From Octopus sinensis (lineage: Eukaryota): a stretch of DNA of 32,182 nucleotides. The DNA lies in contig NW_021829638.1 in NCBI RefSeq assembly GCF_006345805.1, positions 1 through 32,182 of the forward strand. The letters are read 5' to 3'. The notes below the pieces were generated by a model. It made no database searches, was not told the origin of the DNA, and saw nothing but the letters and a program-made list of their open reading frames with translations. A program made the position numbers and the translations under genes. Of this stretch, positions 1-11,070 are shown piece by piece (the stretch's first letter is position 1; the number at the start of each line of letters is the position of its first letter).

Positions 1-558
1 CTTATTGAACGTCCCTCGTATTATATATATATATATATATATACTTTATAATTAGGGTTCAGCAAAGATTTGCTTTACCACATACCGAAGTTTAGAAATA
101 GCAGTCAAAACCTAGCTATTTCTTCTACTTTAAAAAGGGACTTCCAGAAAAACCAAGATACTTGAAAACAATCCAAGTAGGTAGAGAGGAAAAATAACGA
201 AAATCAATCTATATCTGGTCACCCATGTACGCGCGTAATTAGATCGGTATAAAGAATATAGAATTGTACTTTACCCAACCATTTTCGTTCATCAGCATGG
301 GACTCCAACAATATTAAATATTAAATATTAAATTCGAAGGCACTGGAAGAATTGAATATAACTCTCCACCTAACGGTATCAGACAGATCATATTCAGTGT
401 TAGTGCCGCCGAATTCAAAATACGAATGAGGTTCGTCACCTTCCCCTGCCCATCAGCGCGTGAAATTATTGATTACTTCTTAATTAATTAATTTTACCCT
501 TTGTTATTATTGATAATGGAATCTTTCTCCCTGATAACAAACTACATCGCTTGACAGC

Positions 559-762
559 CATCATCATTGTTTAACCTCCGCTTTCCTTGCTGGCATGGGT
601 TAGAGGGTTTGAATGGAACTGGCAAGATAGGGGATTGCACCAGGATCCGTTCTGACTTTGGCTTGCTTTCTACGGCTGGATGCCCTTCCTAACACCAACC
701 ATTCCGAGAATGTAGTAGGTGCCTTTTATGTGACACCTGCACGGGTGCTTTTACGTGTCATA
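559..762 (-). mobile_element. SINE-like repeat, 3' portion with (GAT)n tail
   Basis: The reverse complement reads ...GGTTGGTGTTAGGAAGGGCATCCAGCCGTAGAAA...GGAAAGCGGAGGTTAAACAATGATGATG. The GGAAGGGCATCC..CGTA motif resembles the V-domain motif of DANA/V-SINE-type elements. Family assignment is from recall. Confidence 0.55.
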
Positions 763-939
763 CACATGTGCGTGTGTGTGTGTGTGAATGTATGAATGTA
801 CACACACACACACACTCACTCATTATGAAAGTAATTTTAAATAAAATAATTCCAACATTCTGAGCTTTATCCTGATTTTTACCATTAACAAAAGTTTAAA
901 CATTTTGCAGGGAGGAACAGTTATTATAATCAATTCCAG

Positions 940-1060
940 TTCTTGATTGGAGCCTATTTTATCAAATGAGTAAAAGTTGAGAAGAAAACTGGCGTAGTTT
1001 GAACTCATAGCGTAAACAGCTTCGGCTAGGTGCCGCATATTATTTAACTCGATCTTCAAC
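940..1060 (-). mobile_element. degenerate tRNA-derived SINE fragment
   Basis: GGCGTAGTTTGAACTCATAGCGTAAA...TGCCGC resembles the GGCGGAATTTGAACTCAG..(TG)CCGCTAAGCA segment of better copies at 4815-5045 and 8455-8670. Confidence 0.35.
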
Positions 1061-1169
1061 TGAATCTTCTAATCCACCGTCCCAATTTTGTGATCGTGTG
1101 CTTCAGTTATAAAGCAGTGTTTGGCTTTTATTTGACTGATGGTTCAACAGAACTGATAGTACTGTGATC

Positions 1170-1295
1170 AAAATGCATTGCATATTGTCTAAGGTTCATA
1201 ACATTTTGTGTTCGAATCTCAGGAAGGTCATGTGGCCGTTTATCCTACCGCGATCAATGAAATATAGTATTTATCTAGTACAGAGATCGATTAAC
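1170..1295 (+). mobile_element. degenerate tRNA-derived SINE fragment
   Basis: B-box-like GTTCGAATCTC is followed by TTTATCCTACCGCGATCAATGAAATATAGTA, a decayed version of the CATCC..GGGGTCGATAAA..AGTAC block seen in other copies. Confidence 0.3.
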
Positions 1296-1359
1296 ATTCC
1301 TACAAGGTATCCCAGATGTGAATGATTTGTAGTAGTAAATTCATGTGTTTACACATGTG

Positions 1360-3110
1360 TTTGTTGTCAGCAACACCAAACATCTGCAGGCATTCAACGA
1401 TCCAAGAATGAGACATCATATCAAATGCCTTCTTAAAGCCAATCCAAGCCATTGATATGTTTGTATGTTGTTTTTTACAATGCCTCAAAACTGCTTTATC
1501 GATGACTAGGTGATCCTTGGCACCCTGAGAACTCTTCCTACATCCTTTTTGTTCCTTTGGTAGTATTGCCGGGAAGGTGTATATCTCTGCTGCACATATT
1601 CCAGTGAGTATCTTCCAGATTATGTTTAGGCATGCTATGGGACGGTAGTTTCCCACAGTATTCTCCTTTCTTCTGTCTTTCATTACAAGTGATGTCCTCC
1701 CAGTCACCATCCACGCGGGGACTGTACCTTTCTGGACACATTCATTCAATTGGACTGCTAGTCTTTCATGCACCGTGTGGTATCTCTTCAGCCAGAAGCC
1801 ATGAATCCGATCTGGTCCGGGTATTTCCAGTTAGGCACTTTAACCCACTTTACCCGTGCTTATGACAATATTCCTTTCTTTCTTTCCTCCTTGTAATTCT
1901 GTCTTGATAGTTCCTCCACCACATTGCAGCCCTTTTATGCACCACATTGTTTCCCATAATCCGCTCCAGAACTCCTTGGCTTCATTTGCATCAGGAGCAA
2001 CATTTTCCTCTCTGTCTCCTAACGTTCGGAAGAATTGCTTCGGGTTATTTTTGAATAAACTGTTCTCGAATCTTCTGATCTTCTGGCTCTTTAATCATGA
2101 TCCTCTGTTTTAACTACATCAAAAATTCTTCCGTATTTTATGTTTCTTCTCTAATTTTTCTCGGTCGCTTTTTTTCCCATTTTTCCAGTTTCCTCTTAAC
2201 CACTGCTCAATTTTTCCTAGATCTTGCCTTGCCTGCATTATGTCCCTTTCCATGCGTCGTTTCCACCATGATTCTTTTGCTCCACCATTTTTTATTCACT
2301 TAAGTTGTAATTTCTCCTCAACAAGTTGCGTAATAGCTCGGAGAATATTCCCTGTTTGTGTTATGTTCTCCGTCTGGATGTATGGTATGACAGTATTTAA
2401 CTTTTGTGTTACATTATTTATCATACTCCTATATACTCTTCTCATATCATGGAGCTTTTTTTCTTCTGGAGCATTCAGTCTGTGAGTCGTCTTTGAATTT
2501 CAAGCAATTCATTATCTAGTTGGTTCATTTCCCCTGCATGTCTACCACCACAGTGTCTGGGTTCACTGTATAGCGTTCCAGTTCCTCATCCTTAACAGCC
2601 CCATCACTATTCCCCTGTTCCTCCTATCTACTCTTCTCCCTGCTTTCAACTCCGACCATCCTTTGTATCCCATCCTAGATATTTCTACTTCAATTAAGTA
2701 ACTCTTCCTTCTAATCACTCTCACTTGGTTCATCAGTTTATTTTCTGACATTGAACACATGTCCTTTTCCATCCAAAATTTCAAGGTAAGTCGGCCTACT
2801 CTGCGACTTCTTTCCAGCTTTGCTCTTCCATGACATTCAGTTAGTGTATCGTACTCTTCCTTCGTCTACTTCTGTTTTGGTGCACACCGTGTATGTGACC
2901 TGTTGTAACATAACTTCTGTCCGAGGCCAGATCACTGCCCCTCTTGCGGGCAGTCTTGGAATTGCCAGGCGAGAGACCTTCACTATGATCAGCTATAGCT
3001 TCATTCTAACTGTTTATTCTTTCCTTGTTGTGTTGCATCATGATTCCAACGAGAGTTGTTATGGAGATCTCATCTCTCCCTTCTCCTCTTTATTTGTATA
3101 TACACGTGCA
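1360..3110 (-). mobile_element. R4/Dong-like (REL-clade) LINE, 5' half: N-terminal domain plus first RT domains, decayed
   Basis: ORF 1300-1773 has GRTSLVMK..NYRPIACLNIIWKILTG..EQKGCRKSSQGAKDHLVIDK..MAWIGFKKAFDMMSHSWIVECL. ORF 2563-2784 has FWMEK..SENKLMNQVRVIRRKSYLIEVEI, typical of the N-terminal region of this clade. Similarity stops after GVADN (about 1365). Confidence 0.85.
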
Positions 3111-3112
3111 CA

Positions 3113-3654
3113 TATTATTATTATTGAGTGAGAGAGCAGTTCATGCCATCAAAGAGACTCTGGGGTAAAATATACGAAGCCCAGTATACCCATCATGACT
3201 ACACGTCTGATAAGGGTACACTAGGCACATGCATCACAACCATATGTGCGCGACATGGTGATCTCATATCAAGATAAACAGCACATGACCTTGCAGGTGG
3301 GGCCCAGTTAGAATTTTCTTCTGGTCGAGTAGCCCATACCGCTCAAAAGGTCCCTGAATAAGGGTTGTTTAAGGATGTTGAACGAAACACCCATGTTTCC
3401 AGAGGTGAATTATTCAAACCCCAAAGAATCCCTCTCAACACATGGCTATGATGCTCCCCCACTACTTCTGCTCGTGATCAGAGATGCACATATCGTCATC
3501 CACTAAGGGACATACTCAACTGGTTAAGGTCAAACAACTGACAAGCAAATCTGTGGTATTGAGCAGAATATTTACTGTAGCCCATTTTTTATACCAAGAC
3601 AAAACAATGTACATGATAACACTTCCAACCAGTTAAGATGAGAAGCCATGAGAG
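3113..3654 (-). mobile_element. about 530-bp non-coding interspersed repeat ending in (TAA)n (non-autonomous retroposon or LINE 3' UTR)
   Basis: It ends in CTCTCTCACTCAATAATAATAAT on the minus strand. Its last ~125 bp recur in the opposite orientation at 25213-25334, again followed by (AAT)n. Confidence 0.6.
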
Positions 3655-3675
3655 CTTCTTCTTTTTCTTCTTCTT

Positions 3676-3753
<78 letters not shown>

Positions 3754-3768
3754 TTATTATTATTTATC

Positions 3769-3841
<73 letters not shown>

Positions 3842-3866
3842 TATCGTATTATTATTATTATTATTA

Positions 3867-3914
<48 letters not shown>
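3655..3914. repeat. compound microsatellite (TTC)n-(TTA)n
   Basis: Read directly: TTC at 3655-3703, TTA at 3704-3914. Confidence 0.98.
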
Positions 3915-4770
3915 GCGATGAAAACTCACAGCTTATTTTGCTGAGTATGTTAAAAAAAAGTGTCAGCTGTCCACAGCTGCAGTTCCAAGCAATGTTGATA
4001 TTTTTAGGTGTTCTACTATTCACACTTGGACACCTTCGTATTTCCCACTTTAAATCGTCATAGTTGTTTACTTTTTATTTCTTTTACATCAATAATATTA
4101 ATGATAATAATACTTTTTATTTCTTTCACATACATAGGCGCAGGAGTGGCTGAGTGGTAAGTAGTTTGTTTGCCAACCACATGGTTCCGGGTTCAGTCCC
4201 ACTACGTGGCACCTTGGGCAAGTGTCTTCTACTATAGCCTCGGGCCGACCAATGCCTTGTGAGTGGATTTGGTAGACGGAAACTGAAAGAAGCCCGTCGT
4301 ATATATGTATGTATATATATATATATATATGCGTGTGTGTGTTTGTGTGTCTGTGTTTGTCCCCCTAGCATTGCTTGACAACCGATGCTGGTGTGTTTAT
4401 GTCCCCGTTACTTAGCGGTTCGGCAAAAGTGACTGATAGAATAAGTACTGGACTTACAACAGAATAAGTCCCGGGGTCGAGTTGCTCGATTAAAGGCGGT
4501 GCTCCAGCATGGCCGCAGTCAAATGACTGAAACAAGTGAAAGAGTGAAAGAGTAATCCTGTTATCACCGGAGCATGCTATGTCGCTTATTATACATTTTC
4601 TTTCTTTATTCACCACAACAATGTCCAGTTTCCGAAGTCTGGTCGGATGATCGCACTGGATCATTGCATCCCACAACATTTTGTAATTCTCATTTTCAGT
4701 GATTCCTTCCGGAGTTTGCTCATACCAAGTCTTATTATTACCGTTGTTGATTCTCTTTATCACAGGTTTA
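3915..4770 (-). mobile_element. R4/Dong-like LINE 3' fragment (REL endonuclease), split by a SINE at 4135-4553
   Basis: 4555-4763 encodes WYEQTPEGITENENYKMLWDAMIQCDH..RKLDIVVVNKERKCIISDIA (decayed PD..D motif). The other side of the SINE encodes YDDLKWEIRR..TLLGTA, followed by the (TAA)n array. Confidence 0.8.
4135..4553 (+). mobile_element. tRNA-derived SINE with CORE-like block, internal (TA)/(TG) microsatellite and stem-loop tail
   Basis: A box TGGCTGAGTGG at 4147-4157; B box GGTTCAGTCCC at about 4190-4200; ACCTTGGGCAAGTGTCTT CORE-like block; tail CAGCATGGCCGCAGTCAAATGACTGAAACAAG then (GTGAAAGA)2. Other copies lie at 11722-12040 and 12265-12708. Confidence 0.9.
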
Positions 4771-4814
4771 GTTGGAGTTCATGGAGTTTTGCATACGTAA
4801 CGGGCTTACTACCT

Positions 4815-5045
4815 ATTTCTGTTTACTACCCACAAGGGGCTAAACACAGAGAGGACAAACAAGGACAGACAAACGGATTAAGTCGATTATATCGACCCCA
4901 GTGCGTAACTTGTACTTAATTTATCGATCCCGAAAGGATAAAAGGCAAAGTCGACCTCGGCGGAATTTGAACTCAGGAGGTATCGGCAGACGAAAATACG
5001 GCTACGCATTTCGCCCGGCGTGCTAACGTTTCTGCCACCTCGCCT
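4815..5045 (-). mobile_element. full-length tRNA-derived SINE (second family) with 19-bp TSD
   Basis: Flanked by CGTAACGGGCTTAC(T/C)ACCT at 4796-4814 and 5046-5064 (1 mismatch). The minus strand has B box GAGTTCAAATTCC and block ATCCTTTCGGGATCGATAAATTAAGTAC. Confidence 0.9.
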
Positions 5046-5064
5046 CGTAACGGGCTTACCACCT

Positions 5065-5215
5065 GCAGCCTACGGTACCATGCTATACGTTCTCAGTTCA
5101 AGTTCCACCGAGGTCGACCTTGCTTCTGGGGTCGATAAAATATGTACCATTTGAGCTCTAGGGCCGATGTAGTCCTCACCCCCCAATGTCAGGTCTTATA
5201 CCTTTAGTAGAAAGG
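5065..5215 (+). mobile_element. older SINE of the second family, running into the (ATT)n array
   Basis: TCAGTTCAAGTTCCACCGAGGTCGAC..GGGGTCGATAAAATATGTACCA..CCTTTAGTAGAAAGG followed by (ATT)n. Confidence 0.6.

Positions 5216-5278
<63 letters not shown>
5216..5278. repeat. (ATT)n microsatellite
   Basis: Read directly. Confidence 0.98.
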
Positions 5279-5279
<1 letters not shown>

Positions 5280-5933
5280 TATGTTTGACTTTTGCTTTAT
5301 ATTTGTACAAGTTGGCTTCAAGTCTCACTCAGAGACCTCAAGAGACAACAGGTTGGAAGTTCACGTTGTTGTTATGCATAGGGTGCCATATATTTGGTTG
5401 TTTTATTTTGTGTTGAACTAGTGGATGTCTAAAAAAAAGTGTTTGTTTTAAACCTTGAGATTACATAGAAAGTATTTTGCGTAGGATATGAGCAGTTCCC
5501 ATGAGCACTATCTTTTGAATTTCTGCCATTTTGGGGTTTCCTGGTATCTGAGTTAGGTAGCAATCAGCCCCTTTTGCTATCATTCCCAGGGTACCTATGA
5601 CAACATGTATTGTTTTAGTCTTCAGCTTCCACATTTTGCTGATTTCTATTTCAAGATCTTTATATTTGCTCAGTTTTTGGTAGGTCTTGACAGATACGTT
5701 TATATCGATTGGGACAGTCATATCAACGAGGAGGCATGTTCTTTGTCTGAAGTCTTTCAATATGGTGTCTGGCCTATTTGCATCTATCTTTCTGTCGTTT
5801 TGAATGGGGAAGTTCCAGAGGAGTGAAATGTGGTCATTTTCAAGCACTGGGGTTGGTTTGTGTTCCCACCAGTTTTTTTCATGGGGCAAATCCAGGTTTT
5901 TGAAGATTATCCAGTGAATATATTGTGCAGCTC
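5279..5933 (-). mobile_element. 5'-truncated R4/Dong-like LINE (REL endonuclease plus about 180-nt 3' UTR) between two (TAA)n arrays
   Basis: ORF 5461-5889: WWEHKPTPVLEND..LLWNFPIQNDRKIDANRPDTILKD..LLVDMTVP..KLSKYKDLEIEI..GTAHILRKILS. Both ends abut TTA repeats. Confidence 0.92.
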
Positions 5934-6201
<268 letters not shown>

Positions 6202-6929
6202 CGGAGGTGTAGTTGCCAGATGAGTGATTTGATCTGAGACCGCAAGTTGAATATATATCAATCATTCAAAAATACACACAAAAATGTTGTTGACTTCACT
6301 TAAGTACTTACTATTTGGTATGAAAATTTTCGTCGCACTAACTACGACCTGGTCACTAACGTGAGTTCTACAGCAAATCCACAGCTAATAAGCCGCTGTT
6401 GGTGGGATCTTTGACCGAAAAATACTAAGTCGGAGATATGCGGTCATTCGAAGTGGAGTATGGCGAAGAATCTTACATAATTCATACAGGGAAATGGCTG
6501 CAGCAATAATGTGGTCATGTTCGAAATTATTTGACGGCCACCATTTCATATGTGTATGTGTGTATATATGTATAAATTGTGCGTATATGCGTGTGTGTGA
6601 GAGTGTGTGTGTGTGTGTGGATGCGTGTGAGTGTCTCTAAGTTTATGTACAATTCCTCTTTCTGTGCGTACACACACACTTACACTCACATACAAATGTA
6701 CAGATATAAATTCACACATTTTCAGCTAAAATATTTTCGATAGAGCTTTATGGACATGTACACTTATATGTTCAGCTTATACCAGATTTTGGTGGTTAGT
6801 CAAGTCAATGAGATAAGGCAGTAAACTTCAGAAACATTGATATGGCTGGAATATGAGCTAGCCTACTATATATTGTTCCAGCTCGTCTCTTGGTAGGATT
6901 TAGGGTTTGAAATTAACCAGCAAACGAGG

Positions 6930-7305
6930 GAGCCTATAGGTGATCGCTCGACATGTTAAAAGTAGCAGCCAAATCTCCCCTCACAAATCAAACTCTGCTG
7001 TTTTAGAAAGCAACACATTGGATTTAATGTGGTTCTGTGTTATGTGTACATCCGAAACGGAATGGTTGCGGAAAGAAAGTATTTGATCCTAGGTCTGCTC
7101 AGTAAGGGTTGTAAGTGAGGTTGTTCGACCAGCAACAATTATCGGCTAGATCTCCCACAAAATTACATCTTACAATCTTAAAAAAAAAAATTAGCAAACG
7201 TCATCGGATAATGATTGAATTTTGTGTGTATACAGGATGTTCACATTTGGAACATCTTTGATCTTAAGTCTTCTCAATCAAGACTGATCTGAGATTAAAC
7301 AACTA
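6930..7305 (+). repeat. two tandem, diverged copies of an unclassified interspersed repeat
   Basis: CTCGACATGTT..AGCCAAATCTCCC..TTTGATCCTAGGTCTGCTCA at about 6945-7100 parallels TTCGACCAGCA..GGCTAGATCTCCC..TTTGATCTTAAGTCTTCTCA at about 7125-7280. Confidence 0.35.
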
Positions 7306-8454
7306 TTACATTACCACTGCTGCTATCATTACTACTATCACAGCCATTTTTACTCCCACAACCACCACTATAACTATAACTGTTGCTGTTACTACTACTA
7401 CTACTACTACTACTATCACAACAAGGGGATTGAATTCGAACATTGAACCTATAATCCGATATTTGACGCTAATTGATCTGTCGTTTGTTTTATCGGTTTT
7501 ATCGATTACACTAAAGATGAAAGCTGACTTTGTCGGTTCGTGGCTGGGTTTGAACTATAGAATGCTTTCACTTTTCTGATGTTACTAGTCCATATTCTGT
7601 CCATACGGCTCGCTATTGATTGGTTAAGTCAGTGTTAACGTAATTAATGCGGGCAGCCTTAAAAAGCTAATTTGCAGTAATTTGTGTGACTGATAGACAA
7701 CAGACAGGTAAGTTAGTATTATCATATTTAATATATGCAGCATTGAGAATGCTAATTAGTAATAATTATGTGATAAAAGGGAGATGGACAGATGGGTTAT
7801 TATTGATATATTTAATGAAAGGAACTTGTAAGATATAACAAGAAATAATTGTGATGAAGCCAAAAGGAATAACCGAACACATAATTTAGTGTTTTAATAT
7901 ATTTGATATTAAAAGTGTGTATTAAAGACTAATTGGAAATAAAAATAGTGAAGCAGATCGATAGACAAATAGATAGATCCGTGTTAGCATACTGAATGTG
8001 GAGAACATTGAAACACTAACTAGTGATATTTGTGCTGTGCAGAAAATAGTATGTCAATAGATTTTATTTTAATTCTTATAGCTGGACGTGTGAGAGATAA
8101 TTCTGTGTTACTGAATTGTTATGTCTAAATTTCAACGTAGAAATACGGATGGAAGAATCGTTAAGTCTTCTATAACGACGTAAGCAGATAAAGTAGAACA
8201 GAGGTGGTGGCTCTTTGGCTGTAGGAAGGAGATTCTGTGAGCGGTGGAAGGGAAAGAGGAAGTTATCCTCCAACTGGAGATCTTAACTAAATTATTGCAA
8301 CAAAATCGATCCTGTTTTATTATTTCAAAGACCAGATGATGGTGTAAAACAGGGTAGTATATTGAATCTACTGTCAAAAAGCAGGACTGCTCACGTCGTG
8401 GCGTCATATTTTCTTCTTCTGTACAGTATTATTACTGCTATAATAATAATCGCT

Positions 8455-8670
8455 TCAAATTTTGGCACAAGACCAGCAATTCTTTTCTTTTGTGAGGAGG
8501 GTAGTCAATTATATCGATCACCAGTATTTGATTGGTACTTTATTTTATCGACCCCCAAAAGAATGAACAGCACAATTGACGTCGTAGGTATTCGAACTCA
8601 CAATGACCAGAAGAAATGCCGCTAAGCAATTTGTTCGACGCGTAACGATTCTGTCAGACCGCCTCTTTAT
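8455..8670 (-). mobile_element. tRNA-derived SINE (second family)
   Basis: GGTACTTTATTTTATCGACCCCCAAAAGAATGAA..TTCGAACTCA..AAATGCCGCTAAGCA is the reverse complement of the family consensus blocks. Confidence 0.7.
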
Positions 8671-8734
8671 TTTTATTATTAATAAAATAAGTGAAATGTA
8701 AACCTAAACGTCGAAATATTGATTTTCATTATAT

Positions 8735-8915
8735 ATTCAAGGCCAGAATTTAAGGGTGAAAGGGGTGGCTGATTATGTCTACCCCAGAAACAGAGCAGTG
8801 CCTGGAAGTATGAAAGGCAAAGTTGACAACACCGTAGCTCAAGCCTCAGGGATGGGTCCGTTACTAAAATATCACCACCACAAGACATCATGTCTGGCGC
8901 TCAGATGATTCTGCT
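8735..8915 (-). mobile_element. degenerate SINE (second family)
   Basis: ATGAAAGGCAAAGTTGAC and head-like ..TCTGGCGCTCAGATGATTCTGC match the copy at 4815-5045. Confidence 0.45.
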
Positions 8916-8988
8916 GATTCAAAAGTACACTGGTCGGGAAGAGGAGCAATTAACATGCTTTCCGTACCCAAATCATAACGAGATTTTC

Positions 8989-9424
8989 GGCAGTCTTATG
9001 GTTCTGGTATATTTTACGTCAAATGACCACGTGCATTTGTTTATATATGATCGTCGATTTCCGTAAAAAACTTATATTTTTTTACATTTATTTTTTTACA
9101 TATGGGGTTGGGGGGATGGGATCTTTGGTGTTAGGGTTACGGTTACGGTTCCTAACCCTAACCCCAAAGATCCCATTTCCCCCTAACCCCATATGTAAAA
9201 AAATAAATGTAGAACCCTAACCCCAAAGATCCCATTTCCCCCTAACCCCATATGTAAAAAAATAAATGTAGAACCATAACCCTAAAGATCTCATTTTCCC
9301 CCAACCCCATATGTAAAAAAGTTAATGTAAAAAAATAAAAGCTTTTTTACGGAAATCGACGATCATATATAAACAAATACAAGTGGTCATTTGACGTAAA
9401 ATATACTAGAACCGTAAGATTGCC
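8989..9424. mobile_element. non-autonomous fold-back DNA transposon (MITE), 8-bp TSD, Merlin-like GG termini
   Basis: Exact direct repeat AGATTTTC at 8981-8988 and 9425-9432. Inverted arms begin GGCAGTCTTATGGTTC / GGCAATCTTACGGTTC. Three 59-bp internal tandem units start at 9154, 9213 and 9272. Confidence 0.9.
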
Positions 9425-9544
9425 AGATTTTCTTTCCTTAGTAACCAGATAAATAGAGATCATTTTCATTTTTCTGACAAGTGAGACAAAACTTGTAACC
9501 TTGATCCGTCGTTAGAATGTCGATATTAATATATAAATTACATA

Positions 9545-9740
9545 GGCGCGGAACTGGTAGAATTGTTACGACGCCAGACAAAATGCTTAGCGGTATTTCG
9601 TCCGTCTTTATTTTCAAATTACTACGGAGGTCAACTTGTATCCTTATGGAGTCGATAAAATGAATACCAGTTGAACACTGGGGTCGAAGTGATCAGTTTT
9701 CCTCTCCCGGAACTTGCTGACCGTGTGCCAAAATTTGACA
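9545..9740 (+). mobile_element. tRNA-derived SINE (second family)
   Basis: GGAACTGGTAGAATTGTTA..AAATGCTTAGCGGTATTTCG..GAGTCGATAAAATGAATACCAGTTGAACACTGGGGTCGA. Confidence 0.7.
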
Positions 9741-10019
9741 TGAATATCAATAACATGTACACACACGCACGCACAAACACAAATGCACACACATACATAC
9801 CTATCTGTATATGTATAATTCTTATTTATACCATTTGTATGTGCGTATCTATATGTGGTTATGTATTACATGAAAGCTTTACTACATATATGATTTATTA
9901 TATAGATAGTAGATGTTAAATGATTAAGTATATGGTTCCGTGCCTATGAAGCTTAGAGCAATGGCGCTTCAACCAACACAATTTCTTCCGTTTGTACACA
10001 TATACGAGTATATGGCAAG

Positions 10020-10837
10020 GGCTTTGAAATAAAACCAAGAAGAAGTTCCAGACACCCAGCTAAGTACTTGACAGACACTGACTTTGCTGACGACATCGCT
10101 CTTATCAGTGATTCTCTCTCCAATGCCCAGTCTCTTTTACAATCTCTCGAACAAGCCTCAAATTGTGTAGGTCTTTACCTCAATGAGGCCAAGACTGAAT
10201 ATATAAACAAGTGCCTGTCCAACAGTGATTGCATCATCCATACTCTCAACAACGCGCCCTTAAATATGGTTTCTGATTATAAATATCTTGGGTCATACAT
10301 ATCATCATCTGGAAAAGATTTTCTAACTAGAAAGGGTATGGCCTGGTCAGCCTGTAATGACATGCATAAGATCTGGTCATCAAATCTAAGTAGAGACTTC
10401 AAACTTGAAATCTTCAAAGCCACAGTCGAACCAATTCTATTATATGGCTCAGAAACCTGGACGTTATCAAAGAAGCTTGAGAGGCGGTTGGATGGAACCT
10501 ACACTCGCCTCCTTCAAAATCTCTCGTGGAAGCGCCATCCAACCAAAATGCAAATATATGGGAAACTACCACCTGTGTCATCTCTTGTGAAAGGTAGGAG
10601 AGTCCAGTTTGCTGGACATTGTTGTAGAGCTGAAAAAGAGGTAATTTCTACTCTTCTCCTCTGGAAGCCATCTACTCGCAATACCAGAGGGCGCACACTC
10701 TCCTACCCTGATGTAATCTCCAGGGATACAGGCATCCAGCAACAGGACCTCCGTAATGCCATGATGGACCGTGAAGTCTGGCGTAGCATGGTAAATTCCA
10801 TTGTCTCGACCACGGTCGAATAATTATGATGATGATG
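10020..10837 (+). mobile_element. 5'-truncated RTE-clade (RTE/RTE-X-like) LINE: RT C-terminal half with (GAT)n tail
   Basis: RRSSRHPAKYLTDTDFADDIAL..YKYLGS..EPILLYGSETWTL..FAGHC. The stop codon is followed directly by ATGATGATGATG, the short 3' end typical of RTE elements. Confidence 0.9.
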
Positions 10838-10912
10838 TGTCCAAACGAAAAAATAATTTGTAACATCGGCTACGTTGAACTCGGTGTAGCGATTCAAGAA
10901 GCTCCAGCCTCG

Positions 10913-11070
<158 letters not shown>

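Noticed and set aside
305-335. (AATATTA)-type short tandem triplication
   Set aside because: Ordinary slippage in AT-rich DNA.
4135-4210. tRNA-like A/B boxes
   Set aside because: No cloverleaf, and the boxes are continuous with SINE body, so this is a SINE head and not a tRNA gene.
7575-7713. Consensus splice donor CAG/GTAAGT at 7705-7713 suggesting a plus-strand exon
   Set aside because: A single motif with no recognisable coding frame or clear acceptor is expected by chance in 32 kb.
9154-9330. 59-bp direct repeats as a CRISPR-like array or true telomere
   Set aside because: The units are contiguous with no unique spacers, the context is eukaryotic, and there are only isolated TTAGGG motifs inside a TSD-flanked element.
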